DNA from: Betaproteobacteria bacterium SG8_39
GTDB lineage: Bacteria > Pseudomonadota > Gammaproteobacteria > Burkholderiales > SG8-39
Direction: 5' to 3'
Assembly: GCA_001303445.1 (NCBI GenBank)
Contig: LJTQ01000002.1
Span: 10,596 to 74,595, forward strand
DNA: 64,000 nucleotides
Shown here piece after piece: positions 63,525 to 64,000 of this stretch; within the stretch, counting starts at the first letter, position 1; every line of letters starts with the position of its first letter. Position numbers and translations under genes: made by a program. Below the pieces are notes generated by a model. The model saw only the letters and a list, made by a program, of their open reading frames with translations. It was not told where the DNA came from and did no database searches.

Positions 63525-64000
63525 ATGAACGCCCCCCGTTCCGAGCCCCCCGCCTCTGCCGCCGCACCCAGTTGGGTCAAGCATGCCGGACTGCGTCAGT
63601 GGGTCGTCGAGATTGCGGCACTGACCAAGCCCGAGCGCGTGGTTTGGTGCGACGGCAGTCAGGCTGAGTACGACCGGCTGTGCGAAGAAATGGTGCAGGC
63701 CGGTACCTTCATTCGACTGAATGAAAAGCTGCGGCCGAACAGTTTCCTCGCGCGCTCGCACCCGGGCGATGTCGCGCGCATGGAAGACCGCACGTTCATC
63801 TGCAGCGCGCGTGCGGAGGATGCGGGGCCGACGAACAACTGGACCGACCCGCGCGAGATGCGCAATACCCTGAGCGGCTTGTTCGACGGCTGCATGCGCG
63901 GCCGCACGATGTACGTTGTGCCGTTCTCGATGGGCCCCATCGGCTCGCACATCGCCCAGATCGGCGTCGAGATATCCGACTCGCCGTACGTCGTCGTCAA
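63525..64000 (+). CDS. pckG: phosphoenolpyruvate carboxykinase (GTP), 5' fragment running off the window
   Basis: Hand translation MNAPRSEPP...[22 protein letters not shown]...[19 protein letters not shown]...DAGPTNNW...[16 protein letters not shown] matches GTP-dependent PEPCK N-termini. Absent from the ORF track because it is truncated. Confidence 0.9.
   Translation, partial: MNAPRSEPPASAAAPSWVKHAGLRQWVVEIAALTKPERVVWCDGSQAEYDRLCEEMVQAGTFIRLNEKLRPNSFLARSHPGDVARMEDRTFICSARAEDAGPTNNWTDPREMRNTLSGLFDGCMRGRTMYVVPFSMGPIGSHIAQIGVEISDSPYVVV

Overview
This 64-kb window is high-G+C chromosomal core DNA. G+C was judged by eye, not computed. Gene order and protein signatures look betaproteobacterial, which is an inference.

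The window spans the replication-origin neighbourhood: gyrB-dnaN-dnaA on the minus strand faces rpmH-rnpA-yidD-yidC-mnmE on the plus strand. About 60 protein genes are tightly packed, and many are joined by 1-11 nt ATGA/GTGA-type overlaps. Recognisable content includes:
- pyrimidine genes (pyrC'-pyrB-pyrR)
- ruvX/yqgE, phrB, rubredoxin, thiD-thiE-hemL, mtgA-aroE, and an RNB exoribonuclease
- mpl, aroQ-accB-accC-prmA, and apaH
- a sigma-54-type porin-glnK-amtB unit
- a MarR / aryl-CoA ligase / FAH / maleyl-isomerase / SDR module
- metH
- the long minus-strand cluster def-fmt-rsmB-DUF4390-ntrY-ntrX-trkA-trkH-trkH
- LysM-dprA-smg-topB

I saw no transposase, integrase, prophage, CRISPR, tRNA/rRNA or defence island. 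I cannot point to a self-evident new multi-gene system.

The observations most worth a second look are:
1. Two conserved genes (accC and yifB/comM) each carry an internal deletion plus frameshift.
2. A roughly 245-nt structured leader precedes metH. It has an intrinsic terminator just upstream of the start codon and a 15-codon uORF running into that terminator, and it matches no riboswitch consensus I can recognise.
3. Tandem trkH paralogs are followed by a translationally coupled small ORF with a COG0523-like CxCC motif.
4. A 10-bp-periodic RGACCCT repeat array lies upstream of trkA.
5. The NtrX-type regulator has degenerate ATPase motifs.
6. DnaA boxes and an AT-rich block flank dnaA.

Four genes are absent from the ORF track: bTHX and rpmH (both short), and the edge-truncated pyrC' and pckG. 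The very long ORFs antisense to real genes are high-GC shadow ORFs.
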